A stretch of 62,962 nucleotides of DNA, the filler included, from Octopus bimaculoides (lineage: Eukaryota): NCBI RefSeq assembly GCF_001194135.2. It is 5 parts of 5 records of this genome, joined end to end, with 100 filler letters (N's around TTAATTAATTAA, not from the genome) between each part and the next. Parts side by side here need not be neighbours in the genome. Positions count along the whole stretch, not along the records: positions 1 to 17,928 come from NC_069005.1; 4 more parts are not named here. The stretch is one strand, 5' to 3'. Below the pieces are notes generated by a model. That model was not told the origin of the DNA. It searched no databases and was given only the letters and a program-made list of their open reading frames with translations. Below are positions 1 through 11,510 of the stretch, in pieces. Within the stretch, counting starts at the first letter, position 1. Each line of letters starts with the position of its first letter. The translations under genes and the position numbers were made by a program.

Positions 1-29
1 CAAAAGAAATATGGCAACAAAAGGGTTAA
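1..29. mobile_element. Right end of a TTAA-CCCTTT MITE (family M1)
   Basis: caaaagaaatatggcaacaaaaggg (1-25) is identical to 254-278 and is followed by TTAA. Confidence 0.6.
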
Positions 30-52
30 AATATATAATAGAGAAACAATTC

Positions 53-278
53 TTAACCCTTTCGTTACCAACCCAGCTGAAACCACCTCTGGGTCTCTAG
101 TACAAATGTCTGGTTTTCATAAGTTTTGTATTAAAATCTTCCACCAAACCTTAGTCACAATTTATGTTCCTAACACTAGCTGAGTGATAACTAAATTATT
201 TTACTAAATCCTTTGTTATGTTTAAAATTAATTGAAAGAAACACAGAGCATCACAAAAGAAATATGGCAACAAAAGGG
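53..278. mobile_element. piggyBac-type MITE (family M1)
   Basis: Left end TTAA-CCCTTTCGTTACCA, right end TGGCAACAAAAGGG; body matches reverse-oriented copies at 17805 and 25479. CCC/GGG ends with TTAA are piggyBac-like. Confidence 0.65.
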
Positions 279-346
279 CTGTGTTATTAGGAATTGTATA
301 AACAAAATTAAGATGTTTTATGTGTTTTAGAACTATAACCAATTCA

Positions 347-706
347 CTCTTTTACTTGTTTCAGTCTTTTGACTGTGGCCATGCTGGAGCACCGCCTTTA
401 GTCGAGCAAATTGACCCCAGGACTTATTCTTTAGAAGCCTAGTACTTATTCTATCGGTCTCTTTTGCCGAACCGCTAAGTTACGGGGACATAAACACACC
501 AGCATCGGTTGTCAAGCGATGTTGGTGGGGACAAACACAGATACACACATATATATATATACATATATACGACGGGCTACTTTCAGTTTCTGTCTACCAA
601 ATCCACTCACAAGGCTTTGGTCGGCCCGAAGCTATGGTAGAAGACACTTGCCCAAGATGCCACGCATTGGGACTGAACCCGAGACCATGTGGTTGGTAAG
701 CAAGCT
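347..706 (-). mobile_element. SINE family A (tRNA-like head, CORE-like segment, internal TA/TG microsatellite, 3' module)
   Basis: Reverse complement matches the full copy at 10622-11016; head runs into the gap. Confidence 0.85.
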
Positions 707-796
707 NNNNNNNNNNNNNNNNNNNNNNNNNNNNNNNNNNNNNNNNNNNNNNNNNNNNNNNNNNNNNNNNNNNNNNNNNNNNNNNNNNNNNNNNNN

Positions 797-1082
797 ACAC
801 AGTCATGCATAGTTACACTCACACACACAACCTATGCACATCAGCACACCTACTCACTGGGATCTGGATCACACTCACTCACACATACACACTCACACAT
901 ACTCACTCACACATACTCACACATACAGATACACATACACACTCACATGTACATACACACTCACACATACACACACTCACACTTACACCCACACTCACAC
1001 GTATACACAGTCACACGTACACACTCATACGTACACACACTCACACACACCTACGCACATCAGAACACCTTCACACTCACAC
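797..1082. repeat. Degenerate (CA)/(CACT) compound microsatellite
   Basis: Direct inspection; explains the His/Thr-rich spurious ORFs. Confidence 0.9.
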
Positions 1083-1355
1083 AATAAGGGAGTCTCTACT
1101 ATACTGAATCATGAAATCTCTTTTGCTAGAAATAGTAGCCAAATTACCCTTGTATCACATCCTACAGTTTTAAAATTACTTAAAAAAAAAAAGGCAAAGA
1201 ACAACATATTTTTGTAGTCTTAGATAAACTGTGCCTGAACGCAATCAACGACAGTGAAGATAACTGATTTCTATCAGAAGCACAAGGCCCCTCATTTTGC
1301 AGAAACGAGGGTGTCAGTTTAGCCAGGACCCACTACTATTACTACTAGTACTGAT

Positions 1356-1836
1356 AAAAAGATGGGCTACAGCAAATATTCTGCTCAATACCACAGAATT
1401 GCTTGTCAGTTGTTTGACCTTAACCAGTTGAGCATGTCCCTTGGTGGCTGACGATATGTGCATCTCTGATCACGTGCAGAAGTAGTGAGGGAGCATCATA
1501 GCCATGTGTTGAGAGGAATTCTTTGGGGTTTGAATAATTCACCTTTGGAAACATGGGTATTTTGCTCAACATCCTTAAACAAACCTTATTCAGGGACCTT
1601 TTGAGCGGGATGGGCTACTCGACCTGAAGAAAATTCTAACTGGGCCCCACCTGCAAGGTCATGCGCTGTTTATCTTGATATGAGATCACCAGGTCGCGCA
1701 CATATGGTTGTGATGCATGTGCCTGGTGTACCCTTATCAGACGAGTAGTCATGATGGGTATAATGGGCTTCGTATATTTTACCCCAGTGTCACTTTGATG
1801 GCATGCCCTGCTCTCTCACTCAATAAAAATAATAAT
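1356..1836 (+). mobile_element. Probable non-autonomous retroelement or LINE 3' UTR ending in an (AAT)-type tail (family E)
   Basis: About 480 bp of higher-GC non-coding sequence ending ctctcactc-aataaaaataataat; same tail polarity as the Dong elements here. Only one copy in the window. Confidence 0.4.
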
Positions 1837-2195
1837 GAGCACTCAGAGAGCGCAAACCTCCGCCAAGGCAATACCAATACTTGCAACGATTAGCCAGAGA
1901 TGATTTTTAAAATGAGAGTATCTGAAATAAACTCAGCTGCTCTCACAAGCGAGAATACTAAAAATGAACCCGACTGCTCTCAAAAATTAAGTAAAAAACA
2001 GGAAGAATAATCCAGAATTGTTGTCCGGTATTGCATTGATCCCCAAATTTAATCAGTTTGTGTCAGTCATGGGACCAAACATCCCTGAAAGTTTCATCTG
2101 AATCCATCCAGCGGTTCTTGAGATATTTTGTCCACGGACAAACTAACACAACTGAAAACAATACCTCTGCCTTCGCTAAGGCAGAGGTGGTAATC
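1836..2195 (+). mobile_element. Helentron-type non-autonomous element candidate (HINE/DINE-like)
   Basis: Perfect 11-bp hairpin acctctgcctt-cgct-aaggcagaggt (2163-2188) at the 3' end; 5' motif acctccgcc (1856-1864) is a 1-mismatch inverted match to ggcagaggt. Confidence 0.5.
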
Positions 2196-2471
2196 ATGGT
2201 ATTAAATGTGGGATGAAGGCCAGAGATTTTTGAGGATGGAAGCAGCAGCTGATTAAATCAAGTACTTGATTAGTACTTAATTAACTAACTGCTGAAGGAT
2301 GATGGGTAAAGTTAATCTTAAAGATAATAATATTGATTTCTATCAAAGATACAAGCTACAATTTTTTTCGCAGTGTTGGAGGGGTACTTTGTGATCTTCT
2401 AATACTACCTGCTTCCCAGCCACCCCCCTCCAATAACAACAACGTAGAACATTCTGAAATAGGGGAGAGCA

Positions 2472-2610
2472 CAGGCGTGGCAGTGTGGTAAGAAGTTTGC
2501 TTCCTGGCCACGTGGTTCTGGGTTCAGTCCCTCTGTGTTGCACCTTGGGTAAATGTCTTTTACTACAGCGCCCACGCTGACCAGAGCCTTATGAGTGGAT
2601 TCGGTAGAAG
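2472..2610 (+). mobile_element. SINE family A, head only
   Basis: A-box-like tggcagtgtgg, B-box-like ggttcagtcc, then caccttgggtaa. Confidence 0.75.
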
Positions 2611-3008
2611 TGTGGGGATCCGTCGTGTCGACCCTGTAATAGTTGGGTGTGTTAGTGGGAGAGGTACGCTGTAATCATACTTGCATGTTGTTTAACCCTG
2701 GGCCAGCCCTGGTTGAACAGTGCCTGATTGAAGATGAAAGACTTATTTGATTTATCACTCACCACCCCACCCTTGTCTCTCAGGCATTGCATATCTAGGA
2801 ATATTTTAGTCAGTGTATCACTCTTTGGGTGTGTGTATATATTATAATAGATTTGACTGCTATTTCTAGTGTGTTCTTCTCTTTCTGGCATAGCATATCT
2901 AAGACTGTTTTGCCTGGTGTGTCCTTCTTTAGAGTGTGAACTACAGTAGACTCGACTGCTATTTCTAGTACATTCTTCCCTACCCATCATTGGATTATTT
3001 TACTTATA

Positions 3009-3441
3009 CTTTTACTTGTTTCAGTCATTTGACTGCGGCCATGCTGGAGCACCGCCTTTAGTCGAGCAAATCGACCCCAGGACTTATTCTTTGTAAGCTT
3101 CGTACTTATTCTATCAGTATCCTTTGCCAAACTGCTAAGTTACAGGGACGTAAACACACCAGCATCTGTTGTCAAGCAATGCTGGGGGTTACAGACACAC
3201 ACACAAACACATATATATACATATACATGTATATATGACGGGCTTCTTTCAGTTTCCGTCTACCAGATCCACTCACAAAGCTTTGGTCAGCCCAAGGCTA
3301 TAGTAGAAGACACTTGCCCAAGGTGCCACGNNNNNNNNNNCAAGGCTATAGTAGAAGACACTTGCCCAAGGTGCCACGCAGTGGGACTGAACCCAAAACC
3401 ATGTGGTTGATAAGCAAGCTACTTACCACACAGCCACTCCT
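3009..3441 (-). mobile_element. SINE family A, full length
   Basis: Matches the family from tail (tttacttgtttcag) to head (cacagccactcct); 39 bp duplicated across a 10-N gap. Confidence 0.85.
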
Positions 3442-3820
3442 ATCTGCATAAGTGCACGTAATTTTCAGTAGATTTGACCGCTATTTCTAGCAGATACCGT
3501 GACCACCACGTAGCAAGTGATGTCCCCCCCTTCCCCCGTTGGTGGGTGAATGAATGCTGTTCAAGTGATGGTGTCATGGAAGGAAGTTCAACCGAAGTTG
3601 TTGAGTCACTGCTGCTTCTTGTGTCAATCAAGTGCATGGCTAACCACCACCACCACCTCCACCACTGTCTCTCCCACCGCCCACACCCTACCCTCCTGTC
3701 ACTCTAACAGGACTTAGACTACACACACACACACACACACATAGTTTTTTCCTTTTTATCACATTGTATGACCAACACTTTTTTTGTCAAGCTTGACAAA
3801 ATTACCTTACTGACTTATTG

Positions 3821-3832
3821 CTACTACTGCTG

Positions 3833-3892
<60 letters not shown>
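3821..3892. repeat. (CTA)n microsatellite
   Basis: Direct inspection. Confidence 0.95.
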
Positions 3893-3955
3893 TAGAGGAG
3901 CCATGAGATGGCCACTCAAACTTGGAGATTAATATCTTTAAACTTTCTGATATGT

Positions 3956-4258
3956 TTCACTCATTGAACTGTGGCCATGCTGGGGTACCTCCTTGAAGGG
4001 TTTAACTTCAACAAACCAGCCTCTGTACTTATTCCACCCCCATTTTTTTTTTTTTAAACACTGGTTCTTATTTTATCAGTCCCTTTTGCCCAACCGCTAA
4101 GTTACCATGATGTAAACAAACCAACACCTGTTGTGAAACAGTGGTGGTGGGAGCACGAACACTCACACATGTGCATCCACACACTATGGCCTTCTTTCAG
4201 TTTCTGACTCCCAGATCATTTGTGGTTGGGAAGCAAACTTACCACACAGCCACACCTG
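3956..4258 (-). mobile_element. SINE family A, degenerate
   Basis: ctgtggccatgctgg, ccgctaagttac, cttctttcagtttc and cacacagccac motifs in order. Confidence 0.7.
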
Positions 4259-5119
4259 CTAAATCTTCAAACAATTTCTTCAAATGTACCATGTTTTAGA
4301 AATAAAACAAAACATTAGCAGCTCCAGATAGCCCTCCCCCATTAAAAATGGAATGGTNNNNNNNNNNNNNNNNNNNNNNNNNNNNNNNNNNNNNNNNNNN
4401 NNNNNNNNNNNNNNNNNNNNNNNNNNNNNNNNNNNNNNNNNNNNNNNNNNNNNNNNNNNNNNNNNNNNNNNNNNNNNNNNNNNNNNNNNNNNNNNNNNNN
4501 NNNNNNNNNNNNNNNNNNNNNNNNNNNNNNNNNNNNNNNNNNNNNNNNNNNNNNNNNNNNNNNNNNNNNNNNNNNNNNNNNNNNNNNNNNNNNNNNNNNN
4601 NNNNNNNNNNNNNNNNNNNNNNNNNNNNNNNNNNNNNNNNNNNNNNNNNNNNNNNNNNNNNNNNNNNNNNNNNNNNNNNNNNNNNNNNNNNNNNNNNNNN
4701 NNNNNNNNNNNNNNNNNNNNNNNNNNNNNNNNNNNNNNNNNNNNNNNNNNNNNNNNNNNNNNNNNNNNNNNNNNNNNNNNNNNNNNNNNNNNNNNNNNNN
4801 NNNNNNNNNNNNNNNNNNNNNNNNNNNNNNNNNNNNNNNNNNNNNNNNNNNNNNNNNNNNNNNNNNNNNNNNNNNNNNNNNNNNNNNNNNNNNNNNNNNN
4901 NNNNNNNNNNNNNNNNNNNNNNNNNNNNNNNNNNNNNNNNNNNNNNNNNNNNNNNNNNNNNNNNNNNNNNNNNNNNNNNNNNNNNNNCCCCCCCCCTCAA
5001 ATTCCCCCCCTCTCCCTTCAAAGGTTCTTGTGCCTCCTCTACAGCAAGACACCTGTTTCTGTCTCTCTCTGTCACACTCTCACCTTTCTTCATCTGACAC
5101 AAGGTCACCTCCTCCTGTG

Positions 5120-5236
5120 ACCCCTGCCCCTCTCAAAGGATCTTTGTCTGCAAGTTACTTGGTGACCCTGCCAGTGCTGGTGCCACGTAAAAAGCACTCA
5201 GTCCACTCTGTGGGGGTGGTTGGTGTTAGGAAGAGT
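5120..5236 (+). mobile_element. RTE-LINE 3' UTR fragment (family C)
   Basis: gccacgtaaaaagcactc...tggttggtgttaggaag motif shared with 6060-6110. Confidence 0.6.
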
Positions 5237-5979
5237 TAATTGCTACATGGTCTTGGTTTACTTTTGCATGTGACCTCAAAGAGATTCTCTTTAATGCCTA
5301 CATGGCATTCATTTACCCTTACATGTGACCTTCAACATCCAGTTTACTTCTCCGTGATGTCTAATTTTAACCCTTTGAATGTGAAATTAACTTTCTTGAT
5401 TATTCCAGTAACAACATTAAATACCTGCCAAAAAAAAAAAAAAGGTAGAATTGGTATTTTCTGAAAGTCTCAATAAACTCGACATAGTTTCAAAATTGAT
5501 TATTCCTCAACAAAAGATAAGATTGGTTGGTATATAAAACTGCTTTCTGCAATTAAGGGGTAATGAAATTTTGAGTGGATTTATCTGATTTCCACAGAGA
5601 AAAAGGTTAACCAATGATATCAACAATGATGAAGATGATTACACTAACGAAGTTGATTACGACATTGATGACATTCCTTATTCTCTTTATGTTGTAATTA
5701 ACTAATTCTAACCCTTTTGCCATGAAATTAAGTTTCTTCGTTATTATAGTAATTACGTTAAATATCTGCCAAATCAAATAGAATTGGTATTTTCTGCATG
5801 TCCCATTACCTGAACAAATTTGACATATCCCAGCAAAAGACAGTGTCAAACATGACATTCTTTAGCAATAGATTAATATATAAAACTGCTTTCTACAGTT
5901 AAGGGCCATGCATTTTTGAGAGGATCTATTTGCTTCCTACAGTAAAAGCATGAAAACAAGTTTTTATATGCAGTGGCTT

Positions 5980-6238
5980 GCTTGAGAAGAAGACCCATCA
6001 GGCCGAGCAAAGTCGCAGTCATGACAGATACTAGTGTCGCTCAAATGGCACCCATACTGGTGGCACGTAAAAGCATCCATTACACTCTGAGTGGTTGGCA
6101 TTAGGAAGGGCATCCAGCCATAGAAAACCATGCTAAATCAAACTGAAGTCTGGTGCAGCCTTCCAGCTTACCAGCTCTGGTCAAATCATCCAACCCATGC
6201 CAGCATGGACAATGGACGTTAAATGATGATGATGATTA
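5980..6238 (+). mobile_element. RTE-LINE 3' end (family C) with (GAT)n tail
   Basis: Starts at cttgagaagaagacc (cf. RTE ORF end at 40703-40712), has ggcacgtaaaagca and gttggcattaggaagggcatccagc, ends ggacgttaaa-tgatgatgatgat. Confidence 0.75.
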
Positions 6239-6604
6239 TGAATGTTATAACCAGTTCAAATATGCTTCTGGCACATTCGAACCTGTAAGCGAGCCCTTCG
6301 CTGTGTTTTGTCGGAGAAAATTTCTCACTGTAGACAAATGGTGTAAATACACCTAAATCAGCTCTCAGCGCCACCTACCCAGACTGTGAGATGCTAGCAT
6401 TTCAGAGTGGTTATCTCCTCTTCAGTCACAGAAACCAAAATAGGACGCACTGCAAACTGACAAGAGAGATTGTCTCTCTTATGCTATTTCCCGTCATCAA
6501 ACGATGGCTGGCTCACCATAAACAAATTACATAGTGGTGGCCATAAGTTTTCATATATGCCTTCATCCTTAAAAATATTGGAAAGTAGTAGATTATACCC
6601 CCCA

Positions 6605-6810
6605 GTACCGCCTGACTGGCCTTCGTGCCGGTGGCACGTAAAAGCACCCACTACACTCTCGGAGTGGTTGGCGTTAGGAAGGGCATCCAGCTGTAGAAAC
6701 TCTGCCAAATCAGATTGGAACCTGGTGTCACCTCCTGGTCCACCAGTCCTCAGTCAAATCGTCCAACCCATGCTAGCATGGAAAGCGGACGTTAAACAAC
6801 GATGATGATT
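6605..6810 (+). mobile_element. RTE-LINE 3' end (family C)
   Basis: Same motifs and (GAT)n tail as 5980-6238. Confidence 0.8.
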
Positions 6811-7017
6811 ACTCTGTCAAATGTAATGCTTATTTATTCATATTGTTTTGGATTAATCATGCACTATCTCATAGCTTTGAGATTTCAATGACATGATTGA
6901 TTGCTTTCAGAATGACCAGTTTAGGGAAGTTGTGAGAGGCCGGCTCTGGTCAATTTGAACACAAAGCAGGTAGAATATTTGTGCTGAGTGTGGCTAGTTC
7001 CAACGGCAAAGGTTTAA
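6808..7017 (+). mobile_element. MITE family M2 (left end lost)
   Basis: Body matches 10563-11195 and 14496-14699; right end caaaggtttaa. Confidence 0.65.
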
Positions 7018-7635
7018 ATACCAGTTACGCATTTGAGGTCATCAAACTAATTACCTACATAGCTATTATTAGACCAGTGACGAGAGTTTTCCCTTCACAT
7101 ATTCATTCTAATGGTCGCTGCGTGTGGCGTCTTCTGCCCTAGCCATTCTAAGCCTTTTGAGAGCTTCGAAGGCAGCCAGGATTTACTGGTGCAAAGAGCC
7201 AATGAACCACCAGATTGTTATGTGACCTAACCAGTGCAGGAAGTGTGTTAGCAGTGTTGTAGCTGGTGTTATTATTAGCTTTTCCTACTGACTTACATTT
7301 TTGTCGTGTCGAGTGTCAGCATGTAGCATCGCACCGCCCTTAGTGCTACTACTCACTTTCTTTCTTTCTTTCTTTTTTTTTTTTGTTTAATTAAAAAAAA
7401 TTTTTTTTGTTTTATTTTTTCGGTTTAACCTAACCCATGTCCTGACTGAAATAGTGTAACTCCCATTCTTTTAATACCACCTGCATGTGTTCCTGTTGCG
7501 GTCACTTGGTCAGCTGATGCAATAGTTGTGCTACTTCAATTAGATTTTTTTCAACTAGGATGTTAAATAATAACGATAATGATAACAATAAAAGTAATGA
7601 AAATAATAATAATAATGATAATGATAATAATAATA

Positions 7636-9374
7636 ATCCATTCTACTAAAGGCACAAGGCCTGAAATTTGCGGAGAGGGGACTAGTTGATTACATCAACA
7701 CCAGTATTTCACTGGTACTTAGGTTATTAACCTCGAAAGGATGAAAGGCAAAGTCGACCTCAGTGGAATTTGAACTTAGAACATAGCAATGGACAAAATA
7801 CTGCCAAGCATTTTGTTCAGCGTGCTAACGATTCTACCAACTTGCCACCTTGGTGATAATAATAATAATAATAATAATTATTATTATTATTATTATTATT
7901 ATTTCTGGCTTTGGCACAAGGCCAGCAGTTTTGAAGGGGAACAGCTAGTCAATATAATAGACCTCAATACCTTTTTAGCGTCTACTTTCCATGCTGGCAT
8001 GAGTTAGACAGTTTGACTGGAATTGGTAAGCCAGGGAGCTGTACCAGGCTCCAGTCTGATTTAGCATGGTTTCTATGGCTGGATGTCCTTCCTAACATCA
8101 ACTACTCAAAGAGTGTGGTAGGTGCCTTTGATGTGTCGCCATCATGAGTGCCTCTGACGTGCCGCCAGCACGAGTGCCTTTTACATTGCACCGGCAAGTG
8201 TACTTTTTATGTGTCACTGGCACAGGTGCTTTTTGTGTGTCACCAACACTGGTGCCTTTTACATACCACCTGTATGGTTACTACTTATGTGTCACCGGCA
8301 CAGGTGTCTTTTCCATGTCACCAGCACAGGTGTCCTCTACATGTCACCCGGCACCCGCCATGACGACAATTTCACTTGGTTTGACACTGTATTCTCGAGT
8401 ACAGCAAATCACCGAATGTCTCAAATACTTGTCATTACTTCCATGAGACCCAACATTCAAAGATCATGCTTCACCATCTTATTTCTTTACTGCCCACAAG
8501 GGACTAAACATAGAGGGGACAAACAAGGACAGACAAAGGGATTAAGTCGATAACATCGACCCCAGTGCGTAACTGGTACTTAATTTATTGACCCTGAAAG
8601 GATAAAAGGCAAAGTTGACCTTGGCAGAATTTGAACTCAGAACGTAACAGCAGACGAAATACCGCTAAGCATTTCACCCGGCATGCTAACGATTCTGCCA
8701 GCTCGCCTCATGTCTTCCTGAAGGATAACAACAACAACAACAATAATAATAATAATAATCCTTTCTACTTAATGCACAAGGCCTGCAATTTGAGAGGAGG
8801 TGGGGGGTGCTAGTCAATTACATCAACTCTAGTATGAAACTGGTACTTAATTTATCGACCCCCAAAAGGATGAAAGGCAAAGCCGACCGNNNNNNNNNNN
8901 NNNNNNNNNNNNNNNNNNNNNNNNNNNNNNNNNNNNNNNNNNNNNNNNNNNNNNNNCAATTTGAGAGGAGGGGGATAGTCTATCACATTGATCCCAGTAC
9001 TTGACTGGTACTTGATCTATCGACCCCAAAAGAATGAAAGGCAAGGCTGACCTTGGCGGACTTTGGACTCGGAACGTTAAGATGGATGAAATGCCGTTAA
9101 GCATTTGACCCCAGTGTGGTAACGATTCTGCCGGCTCGTTACCTTAATAGTATTCTTTTCTACAGTAGGCACCAGGCCTGCAATTTGAGAGGAGGTGGGG
9201 GGTGCTAGTCAATTACATCAACTCTAGTATGAAACTGGTACTTAATTTATCGACCCCCAAAAGGATGAAAGGCAAAGCCGACCGTGGTGGAATTTGAACC
9301 CAAGAACGTAAAGGCAGACGAAATGCCATTGGGCACTTCAGCTGGCATGCTAACGATTCTTCCAACCCATTGCC

Positions 9375-9419
<45 letters not shown>

Positions 9420-9800
9420 CACCAAGGTCGACTTTGCCTTTCATCCTTTCGGAGTCGATTAAATAAGTACCAGTTACGCACTGGGGTCAATGTAATTGAC
9501 TTAGTCCCTTTGTCTGTCCTTGTTTGTCCCCTCCGTGTTTAGCCTCTTGTGGGCAATAAAGAATTAAATAATAATAATAATAATAATAATAATATTAATC
9601 CTTTCTACTATAGGCACAAGGCCTGCAATTGGGGGAAGGGGGGGGGCTAGTCGATTACATCAACTATAGTATGAAACTGGTACTTAATTTATCGACCCCC
9701 AAAGGGATGGAAGGCAAGGTTGACCTCATGAGAATTTGAAGTCGGAATGTAAAGCCACATGAAAAGCTACATGAGCAGTTTGTCTGGCGTGCTAACAATG
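7636..9800. mobile_element. Cluster of SINE family B copies separated by (AAT)n tracts
   Basis: Copies at about 7636-7853(-), 7903-7980(-), 8453-8710(-), 8758-8889(-), 8957-9145(-), 9155-9377(-), 9421-9565(+), 9598-9800(-); shared core gactttgcctttcatcctttcggggtcgataaattaagtaccag and B-box-like gagttcaaattc. Confidence 0.85.
7975..8400 (-). mobile_element. RTE-LINE 3' end (family C) with tandemly reiterated short units
   Basis: Reverse of the family C tail plus several gcacc/ggtgcctttt...gtcacc units. Confidence 0.7.
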
Positions 9801-10562
9801 CTGCTGGTATGCTTTCTTTATACAAAAATGCCTGGTGCTATTTCCTCTGGTTTTAACATTTTGGTTTCAAACCCTGTTGAAGTCAGCTTTGCATTTCGTC
9901 CTTTGGAGGGGGCGGGGGTGAAATGAAGTCACCTTGACAAATTCTGTCCAACCCATGCAAGCAATGGAAAAGTAAATGTTAAGATGACGACAATGATGAT
10001 GATGATGATGATGAATTGCAACATGGCCACACAAAATTGTAAGACATTGAGACACAAAAGAAAAAAAATGATAAATTTCTAAAATTTCTTTTCTTTTTTT
10101 TTCTCCTTTCTATTGAGTATCAAGTTATGATTGCTACTTGTATTGTGTAACCTGATGCAATCAATCACGGTCGAGTGATTGATGACTAAGCTACACCCTC
10201 TCCTCCCCCTTCAATACATTGGTTTGCTTCTGGTCCATGTAACTGGCCTACGGTGACCAGCATATGAACTGTTCAACTGCTAAGTGACTGTCACAAATGG
10301 TAACAGTGGTTGTTTTATGGAGTCGGTCCATTGAGATCCAACAGCAAAAATGTTGGCGGAGGCTTTATAACCACAGGCACAGGCAACCATTTTCAAGCAG
10401 AGGGCTGCACAAAACATGTATCGTTACCAGGCAGACAAAGCTACTAAAAAAATTGAGGGTCATCTTTTAGTTAGGTGTTCCATTCAGAAAGTCATTTCCT
10501 GGGACCGTGCCTGTAGTGTATCTAAAACTACATCATCCAGTGCGTCTTTCCAACTTAAAAAC

Positions 10563-11195
10563 TAACCTTTTAGCATCCAGATTTTGTGTTTTTATCAAAT
10601 GTAATGCTTATTTATTCACGTAGGAGTGGCTGTGTGGTAAGTAGCTTGCTTACAAACCACATGGTTCCAGGTTCATTCCCACTGTGTGGCACCTTGGGCA
10701 AGTGTCTTCTACTATAGCCTCGGGCCGACCAAAGCCTTGTGAGTGGATTTGGTAGACGGAAACTGAAAGAAGCCTGCCGTATATATGTATATATACATGT
10801 ATGTGTTTGTGTGTCTGTGTTTGTCCCCCCAACATCACTTGACAACCGACGCTGGTGTGTTTACGTCCCTGTAACTTAGCGGTTTGACAAAAGAGACCGA
10901 TGGAATAAGTACTAGGCTTACAAAGAATAAGTCCTGGGGTCAATTTGTTCGACTAAAGGCAGTGCTCTAGCATGGCTGCAGTCAAATGCCTGAAACAAGT
11001 AAAAGAGTAAAAGAGAGTTGTTTTGAATTAATCACACATTATCTTGTAGCTTTAAGATTTCACTGGTGTCTTAGTATATTTTTAGAATGACATTGTTGGG
11101 TAGGTGTGAGAGGTTGGATCTGGTCAATTTTAACATAAAACAGCTAGAATATTTATTTGGGCCTGATATGGCCAGATCGAATGCTAAAGAGTCAA
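10563..11195 (+). mobile_element. MITE family M2 interrupted by a SINE A insertion
   Basis: Left TIR taaccttttagcat, right TIR atgctaaagagtcaa; body resumes at 11017 (ttgttttgaattaatc) where it stopped at 10620 (tttattcac). Confidence 0.75.
10622..11016 (+). mobile_element. SINE family A, full-length reference copy
   Basis: A box tggctgtgtgg, B box ggttcattcc, CORE-like gcaccttgggcaagt, internal (TA)/(TG) tract, tail tgaaacaagtaaaagagtaaaaga. Confidence 0.9.
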
Positions 11196-11358
11196 GCTAT
11201 GATTTGAGGGAGATATGGTTGTTAAGTTTATTAGGACAGGTGTAGGACAATCATTGGGTTGCTGTTACTTGGGCTGGCCTAAAGCAGAATTGTGATCCGA
11301 GGTTTTCCAGTTGTGGCCAACTAGTCTTGCACTAAGACATTGGTGTGTTATTTGAGGG

Positions 11359-11510
11359 GTGGAGGTGCAATGGCCCAGTGGTTAGGGCAGCGGACTTGTG
11401 GTCATAAGATCGCGGTTTCGATTCCCGGACCGGGCGTTGTGAGTGTTTANNNNNNNNNNGATCAGATCAACTGGAACCCTCGACGTCGAAAGCGACGGAG
11501 TGCCAACAAC
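11359..11510 (+). mobile_element. SINE family D (tRNA-like head), collapsed around a gap
   Basis: A box tggcccagtgg, B box gtttcgattcc; head and tail match the reverse copy at 18567-18957. Confidence 0.8.

Noticed and set aside
3292-3379. 39-bp direct repeat around a 10-N gap
   Set aside because: Unmerged contig overlap within a SINE.
4296-5120. ORFs spanning N gaps (also 15.7-17.2, 26.4-27.3, 37.9-39.0 and 58.6-59.3 kb)
   Set aside because: Open only because N gives no stops.
5367-5900. Two related segments starting taacccttt (5367-5610, 5708-5900) as a third TTAA MITE family
   Set aside because: Similarity is real but low and the ends are not clearly inverted; left unannotated.
8779-9284. 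111-bp identical duplication (8779-8889 = 9174-9284)
   Set aside because: Flanks a gap inside a SINE cluster; likely assembly redundancy, though a very recent duplication cannot be excluded.
7636-9800. Repeat-spacer look suggesting a CRISPR-like array
   Set aside because: Units are about 200-bp SINEs in mixed orientation separated by microsatellites; eukaryotic context, no cas genes.
11359-11435. tRNA-like sequences as genuine tRNA genes (also the heads of SINE A and B and the 39.9 kb arms)
   Set aside because: They continue into SINE bodies or tails and lack a complete cloverleaf.
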